This document shows, in pieces, positions 1 to 9,247 of a DNA stretch of 64,000 nt (positions within the stretch are counted from its first letter, which is position 1; each line of letters begins with the position of its first letter). The notes below the pieces were generated by a model. That model searched no databases, was not told where the DNA came from, and saw nothing but the letters and a program-made list of their open reading frames with translations. The DNA lies in the NCBI GenBank assembly GCA_025054935.1, contig JANWZD010000002.1, positions 338,131 through 402,130 on the forward strand, written 5' to 3'. The position numbers and the translations under genes were made by a program. This DNA is from Dehalococcoidia bacterium (GTDB lineage Bacteria > Chloroflexota > Dehalococcoidia > SpSt-223).

Positions 1-464
1 CGAAGGCGAACGTTCGGCTGCGCCGGATTGCGCTCGATGCGTTTCGTCGCCTCGTCGAGGGGATGCGCGCTGCAGGGTTGGAGCCGGTCGTCGCCGAGGG
101 GTACCTGTCGCCCGCAGAGCAGCGCGACAGCTTCGCCAAGCTGGTGGCACAGCACGGGCAGTCCGGAGCGGAGCGGCTTCGGCCGAAGCCGGGCTTCGAC
201 GAACATCAGCTCGGCACCGTCGTCGATTTCGTCAGCCCCTCCCAGGGGCTCCAGCTTGACGACCGCTTCAATGACAGCCCCGAGGGGCGGTGGCTGCTCG
301 CGAACGCGCCCAAGTACGGCTTTCTCCAGAGCGCTCCACCGGGGAAAGAGGCCGTTCTCGGCGTCAAGGGGAGGCCGTGGCAGTATCGCTACGTCGGCGA
401 GTTGGCATACGACATCGCCTCGCGCAATCTGACACTCGAGGAATATTTGGCAGCGCGCCGCTAG
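1..464 (+). CDS. VanY/M15B-type D-alanyl-D-alanine carboxypeptidase-like protein, C-terminal part (5' end outside window)
   Basis: ORF is open to the window edge (track ORF 63..464). Translation carries the M15B motif DEHQLGTVVD (SxHxxGxAxD) and a C-terminal GRPWQYRYVG block. GC-rich third codon positions. Confidence 0.75.
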   Translation, partial: KANVRLRRIALDAFRRLVEGMRAAGLEPVVAEGYLSPAEQRDSFAKLVAQHGQSGAERLRPKPGFDEHQLGTVVDFVSPSQGLQLDDRFNDSPEGRWLLANAPKYGFLQSAPPGKEAVLGVKGRPWQYRYVGELAYDIASRNLTLEEYLAARR

Positions 465-2029
465 CTCGCGTGGGAGACGCTCGCTCGCGGCGGCAGGATC
501 GACCGGCCGGCAGCCCAGAGCAGATTGTTGTAGCCTGCGTACTTGCCCGAGGTCAGCCACGGGTCGATCGTGTCGCGGTAGCACAGCAGAAATGTCAGAT
601 TGGCAAGAAACACCTTCGGCGCCAGAAGGACGAGGTCGCGCACGAGCCGCTTGTACTCGGCGGATTTTGCGGCAGGGTCCGGATGGTCGTTGATCGCTCT
701 CAGCCGGTCGACGATCGTTTTGTCGCGGATGTAGCGTCCGCCGTGCATCCCCCGCGGCGGGTCATATTCATGCGCGATGTTGTAGTGCGGCTCGGCGATC
801 CCGTGGCTTGTTTCGGGAATGAGCCAGAGCGGCTTCATCTGGCCGGGGGGAACGCTTGCCTGCGGGATGAGGGTGACCCGGAGGCCGATAGCAGTGAGGG
901 CGTCGACGACAATGGCCGCGAGCTGCCGGCTCTCGGGGTCGTCTCCGACAGCGAACTCGATCTCCGTGCCTTCCGCGCCCGCTTCGCGCACCAGCGCTCG
1001 CGCTCGCTCGGGGTCATAGGCATACGGCCAGTCGTCCGGCGCGTAGTCGCCGGCGATGTCGAGGACCGGTCCTCGGCTCGGGCGCGCGAGCCCGTCATAC
1101 ACCTCGCGAAGAATGCGCTCGTAGGGGATAGCGGTCAGGATCGCCTGACGCAGGCGCTGGTTGTCAAGCGGCGGCGATTTCCAATCGATATCGATCTGGG
1201 CGTGGTTTGTTTTAGCGATGACCGGAACGACGCCAGGAAGACGCTCGAGTCGCCGGAACTCTGCGGGGTAGAGGCCGGCGATAAGGTTCACGGCGCCCGC
1301 TTCAAACTGGGCGATTGCCTCCTCGCGGCTGGCGACAGCGGCGTAGACGATCCGGTCGATGCCCGGGCGTCCCCCCCAGTAGTCATCCCGCGCCACCCCG
1401 ACCAGTTCGTGCGCATCCTGTCGCTCGAGACGGAAGGGGCCGAACCCGCACGGCGTCCGGGCGAGGAAGTCGCTCGCCCAGGGGTCGGACTCGGAGGCGT
1501 GACGCCGCGCTTCGGTCGCGTCAAAAATGCAGTTGGTCGCGAACGCCCAAAACTTCGGCCAACTCGGCTTCGGCGCCGGCAGCCGGAAGACGACGGTGTA
1601 GCGGTCGGCGGCGATGACGCCGTCGCTGCTGGGCAGCCCGCCAACAACACGGCTGCGCCACAGCCCCACTCCGCGCAGGGCATAGGCGCGGTCCCAGCTC
1701 CACTTGACGTCGTCGGCCGTTAGTTCATTCCCGAAGTGGCTGATGACGCCGCGGCGAAGCTGCACCGTCCACTCGGTCGCATCGGCGTTGGACTCCCACC
1801 GCTCAGCAAGGAACCCCACCATCTGCTCAAAATCTGCGCGGTATTGCCCATCAGCGTCGCGGACGATCCGCGGCAGAGCGAGCGCATCAAAGAAGCTCAT
1901 CGCGATGTGATACGCCGGCGGCGGGCGATCGGTATCGCCGAGGCGCGGGGTGTCGGAGTCGAAGCTGACCCAAGCGCGGCTGACAGGCATGACCACCGTC
2001 TTCGCGTCGGGCAGGAATGTCGAGGCCAT
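461..2029 (-). CDS. solute-binding-protein family 5 (peptide/nickel SBP fold) homolog lacking a signal peptide
   Basis: Track ORF is 461..2335. I place the start at ATG 2029, with a GAGGGAG SD just upstream and directly after the stop of the upstream gene at 2043. SBP_bac_5-like sequence runs along the whole length. The N-terminus MASTFLPDAKTVVMPVSRAW has no hydrophobic leader or lipobox. Confidence 0.8.
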   Translation of the reverse strand: MASTFLPDAKTVVMPVSRAWVSFDSDTPRLGDTDRPPPAYHIAMSFFDALALPRIVRDADGQYRADFEQMVGFLAERWESNADATEWTVQLRRGVISHFGNELTADDVKWSWDRAYALRGVGLWRSRVVGGLPSSDGVIAADRYTVVFRLPAPKPSWPKFWAFATNCIFDATEARRHASESDPWASDFLARTPCGFGPFRLERQDAHELVGVARDDYWGGRPGIDRIVYAAVASREEAIAQFEAGAVNLIAGLYPAEFRRLERLPGVVPVIAKTNHAQIDIDWKSPPLDNQRLRQAILTAIPYERILREVYDGLARPSRGPVLDIAGDYAPDDWPYAYDPERARALVREAGAEGTEIEFAVGDDPESRQLAAIVVDALTAIGLRVTLIPQASVPPGQMKPLWLIPETSHGIAEPHYNIAHEYDPPRGMHGGRYIRDKTIVDRLRAINDHPDPAAKSAEYKRLVRDLVLLAPKVFLANLTFLLCYRDTIDPWLTSGKYAGYNNLLWAAGRSILPPRASVSHAS

Positions 2030-2042
2030 CGGGGCTCCCTCG

Positions 2043-3608
2043 TTAGAGTGCGGCCTGCGGCGAGACCGCCGACCAAAATGACTGGAGCGATTGGGCGCGG
2101 TCGAGGGCATCGACGGCATCGGCAAGGCGGAGCGGCCGCCGATAGCGAGGCTGCCCAGACCAGCGGAAGCAGTCGGCGAGCTTGGCAAGGACTCGCTCTC
2201 GGGTGATCTCGGCGGTGAGCGCGCCCGGCGGCTCCTCCACGACAGCTTCGAGGAGCACGCCGTCGGTGGTAAGCGCAAGGAGCCGGAGCGGGGTGATCGC
2301 CTCTGGCGGCACGTCGGGGGCGACCGCCAGCTCAATCCGCTCCATCAGGTCCCACACTTCCGGCTCGACCGGCGCGGTCATCTCGAGGGCGGCGAGGCCG
2401 ATCCAGCCGTCACGGAGGGTACGCGCCAGAAGGTAGGGGAGGCGGCGCGGCGGCTCGCGCCCTGTGAGGGCGGGGCGGAGGGCAGGGTCGCTCTGACGCA
2501 CGACACGCGCGCTCCCCTCGAGCACAACTTGCGCGATCCGCTCGGCCGGGATGCGTCTTGCGACCAGCCGGACGGCAGCCTCGATGGCAGCAGCGGCGGC
2601 AGGGTCGACAGGATACGGCCGGATGGCGACCTGCTCAAGCCGCCATGAAGCGCCAAGTCCCTCAAGGACAGCCTCGCGGTCGAAATGTCCCCCTTCGACG
2701 AGGTGGGCATAGCCGCCGGGCCCCTCGATCGAACGGCGCGGTCCCCGCACGCCGCCGGCGGCAAGGCGAGCAGCTTGGACCGCTGCCTGCGCGCCCAGCC
2801 CCGGCACGAGGGGGCCCATGTCGCCCCCCTCATCCGGCGGAAGGAGCGCTTGGCTGAGCGCCAATCCGAATGCAGAGAGGATCGCGTCAAAATCAAGCGC
2901 AAACAGCACCGCCCCCGTTGCGACGCCGCCGAGGGCGGCGACTGCCGCCGTTCGCGAGAGCAGCGGGGTTGACGTCGCTGCCGCAGCGATGCGGCATGCC
3001 ACTTCGACCCCGATCGCGATGGCCGGGAGGAGCAGCTTCGGGTCGCGAAGCCGGAGTTCATCGCTGACGGCAAGCGCCGCCGCGACTGGGCCGGGCAGCG
3101 GAGCGACCGCTCCCGGCGCAAACCAGGGGTCGAAGGCAAAGGCGTGGATCAGCGCCGCGTTCACCAGCGCCGCTTCAGCAGGGGCAAGCTTGTAGCGTAG
3201 GCCGATAAGATGCCCCCGTTCGGCAGCGCGGCGTGCGGCGAGCGCGTCGACCAGCGCCCGCACCGCCTCGCAGCGCAATCCGGCATAGCCAGCGGCGAGG
3301 GAGTCGATCAGCAGCAGCTTAGCGTGATCGAGGACCTCTTCTGGCAGCGGCTGTGCTGCCGCGGCGAGAATGAAGGCGGCGAGCGGTTCGGCGAGATCAT
3401 GCGCGGGAGAAGCAGGCGGAAGCGTCAGCGCCAGCGGGGGCACTCGCTCGCGCTGAACGCGGATCACGACATTCAGTTCAGCGGCGCGCTCGCGGGCCGC
3501 AGGAGTGACGACAACGCCGGGCGGAACGACAATGGAACGGCCGTTCTTCGCCGCATGCTCGACATCGCGCACAGAGACGATGCGGCGGCGACGTTCTTCT
3601 CCCGTCAC
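2043..3608 (-). CDS. MmgE/PrpD (2-methylcitrate dehydratase) family protein with an extra ~55-aa N-terminal module
   Basis: 521-aa ORF with GTG start preceded by AAGGAG. The body (LLLIDSLAAGYAG...ALIHAFAFD...) is typical of the MmgE/PrpD family. The N-terminal IVSVRDVEHAAKNGRSIVVPPGVVVTPAARERAAELNVVI is an added short domain. Confidence 0.8.
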   Translation of the reverse strand: MTGEERRRRIVSVRDVEHAAKNGRSIVVPPGVVVTPAARERAAELNVVIRVQRERVPPLALTLPPASPAHDLAEPLAAFILAAAAQPLPEEVLDHAKLLLIDSLAAGYAGLRCEAVRALVDALAARRAAERGHLIGLRYKLAPAEAALVNAALIHAFAFDPWFAPGAVAPLPGPVAAALAVSDELRLRDPKLLLPAIAIGVEVACRIAAAATSTPLLSRTAAVAALGGVATGAVLFALDFDAILSAFGLALSQALLPPDEGGDMGPLVPGLGAQAAVQAARLAAGGVRGPRRSIEGPGGYAHLVEGGHFDREAVLEGLGASWRLEQVAIRPYPVDPAAAAAIEAAVRLVARRIPAERIAQVVLEGSARVVRQSDPALRPALTGREPPRRLPYLLARTLRDGWIGLAALEMTAPVEPEVWDLMERIELAVAPDVPPEAITPLRLLALTTDGVLLEAVVEEPPGALTAEITRERVLAKLADCFRWSGQPRYRRPLRLADAVDALDRAQSLQSFWSAVSPQAAL

Positions 3609-3697
3609 GCTTCTCCTTATTGCCGAGCATCGGCCCGGCCGGCCTATGATAGCACTACCGAGCGCGCCGGCCGCTCGCGCGCTTCGGGAGGGACGAA

Positions 3698-4576
3698 GTG
3701 ATCCTCGACACGCAGATCCACTTCTGGGAGGCCGAGCGGCCTGACCGGCCTTGGCGCCCCGACCGGACGCCGAGCCTGCCCTTCCCCTTCGGCCCGGAAC
3801 ACTTTCTTCCCCTGATGGATGCTGCCGGCGTCGACCGTGCCATCATCGTTCCGCCGGGGATTATGGGCAGCGACAATCGGTATGCCCTCGAGGTCGCCGC
3901 CCGCTTTCCGAACCGGTTTGCCGTGATGGGCCTTATCGATGCCCAAGCGCCCGACATCGACCAGCGCGTCGCCCGCTGGCGGCTTCAGCCCGGCATGCTC
4001 GGCATCCGTATCCACCTCCACGCTGCGGAGCGCGCCACTTGGCCCCATGAGTGGGCGCTTGATCCCTTTTGGGACGCCTGCGAGCGCTACCGCGTTCCGG
4101 TCGCGGTCTTCGTCGCCGGGGACGTCGAAGTGCTCCGCCCGATCCTTGAGCGCTTTCCCACGCTTAAGCTGATCGTCGACCATCTCGGCCTGCCGCAGAT
4201 CGATGTCAGCAGCGTCCATCCAAACCTGCCAGCCCTGCTCGCCCTCGAACGCTTTCCGAACGTCGCCGTCAAGCTGTCCACGCTGCCCTCTCGGTCGAAG
4301 CGCGGGTACCCCTTTCCCGACGTTCATGACCTGGTGCGCGCGGTGATCGAGACGTTCGGCCCGCGGCGCTGCTTTTTCGGCTCCGACCATACGCAGCAGC
4401 TGGCCCGGAAGAGGGCGACCTATCACGAGGAGGTTGATCTGTTTCGGGTCGCGCTGCCCTTTCTCTCAGACGAAGACCGAACGTGGATCCTCGGCCGCGC
4501 GGCCGCAGACTATCTTGGGTGGCCGCCGGACGTGCCGTCAACGGCGCTCGCTCGCGGCGGCGATTTGACCTGCTGA
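3698..4576 (+). CDS. amidohydrolase-2 family metal-dependent hydrolase (TIM barrel)
   Basis: 292-aa ORF. N-terminal ILDTQIHFW (HxH-like start of Amidohydro_2 proteins), with FGSDH near the C-terminus. Confidence 0.75.
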   Translation: MILDTQIHFWEAERPDRPWRPDRTPSLPFPFGPEHFLPLMDAAGVDRAIIVPPGIMGSDNRYALEVAARFPNRFAVMGLIDAQAPDIDQRVARWRLQPGMLGIRIHLHAAERATWPHEWALDPFWDACERYRVPVAVFVAGDVEVLRPILERFPTLKLIVDHLGLPQIDVSSVHPNLPALLALERFPNVAVKLSTLPSRSKRGYPFPDVHDLVRAVIETFGPRRCFFGSDHTQQLARKRATYHEEVDLFRVALPFLSDEDRTWILGRAAADYLGWPPDVPSTALARGGDLTC

Positions 4577-7185
4577 GGTCTTCCCGGCGCTTCGTGGGAA
4601 GCAGCTCTCTCCTCAGACCCGGTCAGCGTCGCGAGCAGCTGGCGGAGGTCGGCGATCCGATACGGCTTTGCCAACACCCCGCAGATGCCGGCGCGCGCCG
4701 CGTCTCGCAGGTCGATCTCGGCTCCCCAACCAGTTGCCAGCGCAATGCGGACGTGGGGGAACTGCTGCCGGAGACGCTCGGCCAGTTCCCATCCGTTCAT
4801 GCCGGTGCCGAGACCGAGGTCGGTAATGACGAGGTCGGCCGGCCCCTGCTCCAGCAGACGCAGTGCCTCTTCCCCGGAATGCGCAACGAGAACGTCATGC
4901 CCTTCTTTCTCCAGCATCAGCGCGAGCATTCGGGCCAGTGCCGGGTCGTCATCGACGGCAAGCACCCGCAGGAACTGCGGCGGCGCCGCGACGTGGCGCG
5001 GCGAGGGAGCGGCACCTTCTCCGCGCGCGCCGGGGAAAACGAGATGAAACGCCGTTCCCCGTCCGGGCGCGGAGTCGACCGCGATGCGGCCTCCGTGGCG
5101 TTCGACCGTGGTATAGACGATAGATAAGCCGAGCCCCGAGCCGCGTTCCCCTTTGGTGGTGAAGAACGGCTCGAAGATCCGCGATTGGACCTCAGCGCTC
5201 ATCCCGATGCCGTCATCGGCAACGACCACGTGCACCTCGTTCTCGCGCCGTTCGGCGACGAGGCGGATTGTTCCGCCGGAAGGGAGGGCGTCAACCGCAT
5301 TGAAGACAAGATTGGTGAATGCCTCGCGGAGGCTTTCCGCCCAGCCGTCGATCACGGTGTCGCCGGCGGTTTCAACGTAGAGGTCGATCGGCCGTCCTTC
5401 CTGCTGAGAGGCGTCTCGCCAGCGCGGCGCGGTCAGCTTGGCGACTTCGCGGAGCAATTCGGCGAGGTCGATCGCCGCCATCGGCGCGGTATCCGGCCGA
5501 GCGCGCGCAAAGGCTTGAAGCCGGCGGACGACATCCGCGCCGTCGAGCGCCGCTTGGATGATGATGCCGAGCGACTCGCGGAACCGCGTGAAGTCGGGGG
5601 TCGGCTCGTCGAGGGCACGCAGTGCCAGTTCGCCATGCCCCGAGATCAGGCCAAGATATTGATTTAGGTCGTGGGCGACCCCGCTGGCCATCTGGCCGAG
5701 CGCACGGAGTTTCTCTGCTTGGCCGATCGCCGTCAGCTGACGCTCCGCGACCTTCCGCTCTGAGATGTCGGCAACAGTTGCGAGGAGGAAGGAGGGGTCG
5801 TGCGGCCTCTTCTGGGCTCTGCTTATCGTGACATGCCCCCACCGCTCAATGCCCGGCTCACTCACAAAGCGGAGGTCGCCGCTCGCCGTCGTGGCGCGCC
5901 CGGCGATCACCGCCTCGATCTCCTCGACCCGCTGTTCCCGGACTGTTTGGTCGATCAGCGACAGAAACGGGGTGCCTGCAACGTGATCGCGCGCGAGAAA
6001 GCGGCACAGGCGGTCATTGCTCGCGACGATCGTTCCCGCGGCGTCAAGGATCGCCATGCCGATTGCAGCGTGCTGAAAGAGTGCTAGGAACCGCTGCTCT
6101 GACTGTTCGAGTGCTTCAAGAGCGCGGCGGGTGGCGGTTGTTTCGATGAGTGTGGTGACAATTTGGCTGAGGCTGCCGTCAGGGTGAACGAGGGCGCGGG
6201 AGAAGGCATCGATCATCAGCGGCTGCCCGTCAGCCGTAAGACATTCGATAGTCGCTTCACTGGCGGCAAGCGAGGCGCCCCGGACAGCGTCCCAGGGGGG
6301 CTTTCCCAGGGGCTGCCAGCGCTCGGCGTACTGCGCGAAGTGATAGGCGAGAGCGTCGGGGGTCGTCACGCCTGCCATGCGCACGGCCGCTTGATTCGCG
6401 GCGAGAAGCGCTCCGTCAGCGCTGTGGATAAGCACTCCGCAGGCAAGCGACTCGAGCAGCACGCGGCGCAAGTCATGCTCGTCCGTGATATCGACCAGAA
6501 CACCGAGCGCGCCAACAATCTCTCCCCCGACGCGAACGGGCGCTGCCGAGACGCGAAGAATGCGGTGGTCGGGGTCGAGGATCAGCTCGAGATCGCGTGT
6601 CTCGCGCCCTTCCTCGAGCGCTTGGCGGAGAGGTGTTTCGCCGAGGGTCAGCTGCCGATAGGGAGCGGCAGCGTGGAGAAGGCTTGGCGCGGTGGAGGGG
6701 CGTCCTGTCGGCAGGAGGGGAAGAGCATCGCCACAAACGCGGGCGAGCGCGCGGTTCGCGATCCTTGGGCGGTCTCCGCGAGGGACGAAGATCACCCCTG
6801 CAGCGAGCAGGTCGAGGAGGGTGCGCAAAATCTGCTCAGCCGCGTCGGCATCCGGCCTCGCCTGAGTTTCGCGTTCGATCAGCACCCCGGCCGCAGCGAG
6901 TGCGGCAGCATCCAGCAGCGCGCGCTGCTCCGCGCTGAGCGGCGCGGTCCGCTCCACCTGCAGCTGCCCAATCACGCCTTCCCTGCCGCGCAGCGGGATC
7001 ACGGTCGCCGGAGAGAGTGCTGCATGACCGGCACTTGCCACCCGCTCGCCACGCGCGTCGTACAGTTCGACCCGAGCCGCAAGCTGCCGCGCGATGAGAC
7101 CGACGAGAGCGCGCGCCCGTTCGTCCCACGTTGCCGTCTCCCAGGCGCCTTCGCCAAACACGCCAAGCTCGGACTCACTTCTCAC
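4510..7185 (-). CDS. hybrid sensor histidine kinase (GAF/PAS sensor region, HisKA, HATPase_c, C-terminal receiver)
   Basis: 891-aa ORF with GTG start and a GGAGG SD 5 nt upstream. H-box GVAHDLNQYL. G-boxes DDGIGM and GSGLGLS. Receiver domain VLAVDDDPA...LVITDLGLG. Confidence 0.9.
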   Translation of the reverse strand: MRSESELGVFGEGAWETATWDERARALVGLIARQLAARVELYDARGERVASAGHAALSPATVIPLRGREGVIGQLQVERTAPLSAEQRALLDAAALAAAGVLIERETQARPDADAAEQILRTLLDLLAAGVIFVPRGDRPRIANRALARVCGDALPLLPTGRPSTAPSLLHAAAPYRQLTLGETPLRQALEEGRETRDLELILDPDHRILRVSAAPVRVGGEIVGALGVLVDITDEHDLRRVLLESLACGVLIHSADGALLAANQAAVRMAGVTTPDALAYHFAQYAERWQPLGKPPWDAVRGASLAASEATIECLTADGQPLMIDAFSRALVHPDGSLSQIVTTLIETTATRRALEALEQSEQRFLALFQHAAIGMAILDAAGTIVASNDRLCRFLARDHVAGTPFLSLIDQTVREQRVEEIEAVIAGRATTASGDLRFVSEPGIERWGHVTISRAQKRPHDPSFLLATVADISERKVAERQLTAIGQAEKLRALGQMASGVAHDLNQYLGLISGHGELALRALDEPTPDFTRFRESLGIIIQAALDGADVVRRLQAFARARPDTAPMAAIDLAELLREVAKLTAPRWRDASQQEGRPIDLYVETAGDTVIDGWAESLREAFTNLVFNAVDALPSGGTIRLVAERRENEVHVVVADDGIGMSAEVQSRIFEPFFTTKGERGSGLGLSIVYTTVERHGGRIAVDSAPGRGTAFHLVFPGARGEGAAPSPRHVAAPPQFLRVLAVDDDPALARMLALMLEKEGHDVLVAHSGEEALRLLEQGPADLVITDLGLGTGMNGWELAERLRQQFPHVRIALATGWGAEIDLRDAARAGICGVLAKPYRIADLRQLLATLTGSEERAASHEAPGRPQQVKSPPRASAVDGTSGGHPR

Positions 7186-7440
7186 CGCGTCCTCCGGGCC
7201 GTCGCTGTCGGGCGTTGTCGCGACTGGTCATGGCCTGTCGACTGTCTATCACACTGTATCGCATATCCACATAGTTTTCTATCGCTCATCTGTCGGACTG
7301 GCGCCAGCGGCACTGGGCAGAGGGACACCCGGACCGGCACAAGGCAGCCTGTTCTCATCGGAGCGCCTGTTTCCCCCAAGCACGTACAATAACGATAACG
7401 ATCGGTGGCGCCTCGCCGCGCCCGCCGTGTGGAGCGTGTT

Positions 7441-7671
7441 GTGACGCTTGTTCTCTGCTCGCGCTGCCTGCAAACCAAGCCTGCGCTGGCGGCGAAGCCG
7501 CCGGGGAAGTACGGCGCGCTCGTGCAACAGCAAGTCTGCCAAGAATGCTGGAACGAGTGGATGACCATCATGCCGCGCTTCATTAACCACTACGGTTTGA
7601 ATCTCGGCCTGCCGGAAGATCGTCAACAGTTGCAGCAGGCAATGGCCGAGTACCTGAACCTCCCCGTCTAG
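7441..7671 (+). CDS. yggX: Fe(2+)-trafficking / oxidative-damage protection protein, YggX family
   Basis: The translation VLCSRCLQ...PPGKYG...CQECWNEWM...FINHYGLNL...LQQAMAEYL aligns by eye with E. coli YggX (FCTFLQ..YPGELG..EAWAQWQ..LINEKKLN). The GTG at 7441 has GGAG 6 nt upstream; the track ORF starts at 7405. Confidence 0.75.
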   Translation: MTLVLCSRCLQTKPALAAKPPGKYGALVQQQVCQECWNEWMTIMPRFINHYGLNLGLPEDRQQLQQAMAEYLNLPV

Positions 7672-7721
7672 GCCGGCTATCTGCTAGCAGCGCTCCGTGG
7701 TGATACCTAAACTCGCGCCTT

Positions 7722-8789
7722 GTGACGGACTCGTCTGCGCCCAGCGCCGAGCTGACCCTGCCCGATTGGCTCGATCCCGCGGCCGTCGTCATCGGCGACC
7801 CTCCCCCTTTGCCGGCGTGGCTCGACAGCCCGAACGCGGTTGACGAAGCGCGCACGCTCGAAGAGGCGGCCGCGGTTGTCAACGCGAGTGCCGTTCCTTG
7901 CTCAGGCGCAGCGGGCGCTTCGGAACTGCTTCCCCCGGCAGGGCCCGATTTGCAGGAGCGAAAAAACTCCCGTTCGCAGCCGCAGCGCCTATCGGTTCCT
8001 CCTCAGACAGCCGCTTCTCCGGACCGGCAGCGCCTCGTCCGGCCGCCGCTTGGTCAAGCGCTGGCCGCGCTTGCTCTCGCAGCCGGCCTTCTCTGCGCCG
8101 TGCTGTTCCTTCCCCCTCCCTTCGAAGAGCTGCCGAGCAGCGAGGTGGTGCGTGCTTTCAGCGCCGTGGACCGCCTTCGCCCCGGTCAGCCGGTGCTGCT
8201 CGTGCTCGATTATCCCCCTGAACGCGCCAGTGCGCTTGCGCCGCTCGAAGCGTCGGTGGTCCGCCATGCGGCAAGCCGCGGGGCTGTTCTTATCGTGGTC
8301 GCTCCTGACCGTCAGCGCATGGAGCAGGTGAGCGCCCTCGCGCCGGGCGCGCTGAGCGCACGCCTGCCCGAGCCGGTCACCCCGCTCGAGCTAAGCCAGC
8401 GGCTGGGGCAGCGGGACCGCCGACTGGGCGGCCTCCTCGACCCAGCCGACCGCGTTGCTATCGGGGATCGGCCGGTCGCTCTCGTTGTCGTGGTCGGAGA
8501 GCAGCAGGCAGCAGCGAACTGGCTGGCAAACCTGAGAACGGGCCCTGCGCTTCCCGCTCTCGCGATCATCGCTGGGGAGACGTCCAGCCTCGCTCCGCTC
8601 CGAGCGTCCGGCCAGGTGCAGGGGGTGCTCCGCGGGGAGCGTGACCTGCGGAGCTATGGGGCGCTTGCCGGCGATGGGGTCCCGCCTGCGCAGGTCGGCG
8701 CGATCGCTGCTGGTCCCGCCACGGTCGCGGGCATGCTCCTTGCGAGCGCAGCGCTTGTGCGGCTGGCACGGCGAGCGCTCCGGCGCTGA
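7722..8789 (+). CDS. hypothetical membrane-anchored protein
   Basis: 355-aa ORF with strong GC3 bias. It has LPDWLD/LPAWLD repeats near the N-terminus, a central TM segment (ALAALALAAGLLCAVLFL) and a C-terminal hydrophobic segment. No family recognised. Confidence 0.6.
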   Translation: MTDSSAPSAELTLPDWLDPAAVVIGDPPPLPAWLDSPNAVDEARTLEEAAAVVNASAVPCSGAAGASELLPPAGPDLQERKNSRSQPQRLSVPPQTAASPDRQRLVRPPLGQALAALALAAGLLCAVLFLPPPFEELPSSEVVRAFSAVDRLRPGQPVLLVLDYPPERASALAPLEASVVRHAASRGAVLIVVAPDRQRMEQVSALAPGALSARLPEPVTPLELSQRLGQRDRRLGGLLDPADRVAIGDRPVALVVVVGEQQAAANWLANLRTGPALPALAIIAGETSSLAPLRASGQVQGVLRGERDLRSYGALAGDGVPPAQVGAIAAGPATVAGMLLASAALVRLARRALRR

Positions 8790-8920
8790 CAGTCTCTGCG
8801 GACTGTAAACCGAGGAATTTCGGACTAGGAATTTTATCCCTGACGGACGGCGCTGTCGCGCGGAAGGTCACTCCGCTGCTCGCTCAGCAGCTGACGGGGA
8901 GTGCTCGCCGGAGACGGAGA

Positions 8921-9247
8921 TCAGTCTCCGGCTGCCCAGGGGCAGGCGCGGCACCATGATGAGAGGCAGACATCGAGCGCCCAGTCGGCAGCCATCCGGA
9001 CCCCAGGGCGCTTTGCACAGCGGAGGTCTGCCTTATCTCCCTTCAGGACTTCCCTCATTCGGTCGCGGGCGGTCTCGAGATCCCACACTTCGCCTTGAAC
9101 TGTCAGGTTGGGGCAGACGATGGTGCGGCGACGGCGGGGGGTCGGGGCGTTCGGTCCCGGGAGTGCAGTGACCACCGGCAGCGTGACAGGCGGCTTGCGT
9201 ACGGGAATGCCGGCGGTCAGGGAGCTCTTTCCGTAGACACGTTGCAC
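8921..9247 (-). CDS. hypothetical Cys-rich small protein (C-terminal DVCLSSWCRACPW)
   Basis: Track ORF is 8921..9259. The GTG at 9247 has GGAGG 5-6 nt upstream. GC3-rich. The stop codon is embedded in an 8-bp hairpin (8908-8931). No family recognised. Confidence 0.45.
   Translation of the reverse strand: MQRVYGKSSLTAGIPVRKPPVTLPVVTALPGPNAPTPRRRRTIVCPNLTVQGEVWDLETARDRMREVLKGDKADLRCAKRPGVRMAADWALDVCLSSWCRACPWAAGD

Noticed and set aside
461-2335. Full 624-aa version of the SBP-like ORF.
   Set aside because: The first 102 codons overlap the PrpD-like gene and translate to Ser/Arg/Pro-rich sequence. An SD plus ATG at 2029, directly after the upstream stop, gives the sensible start.
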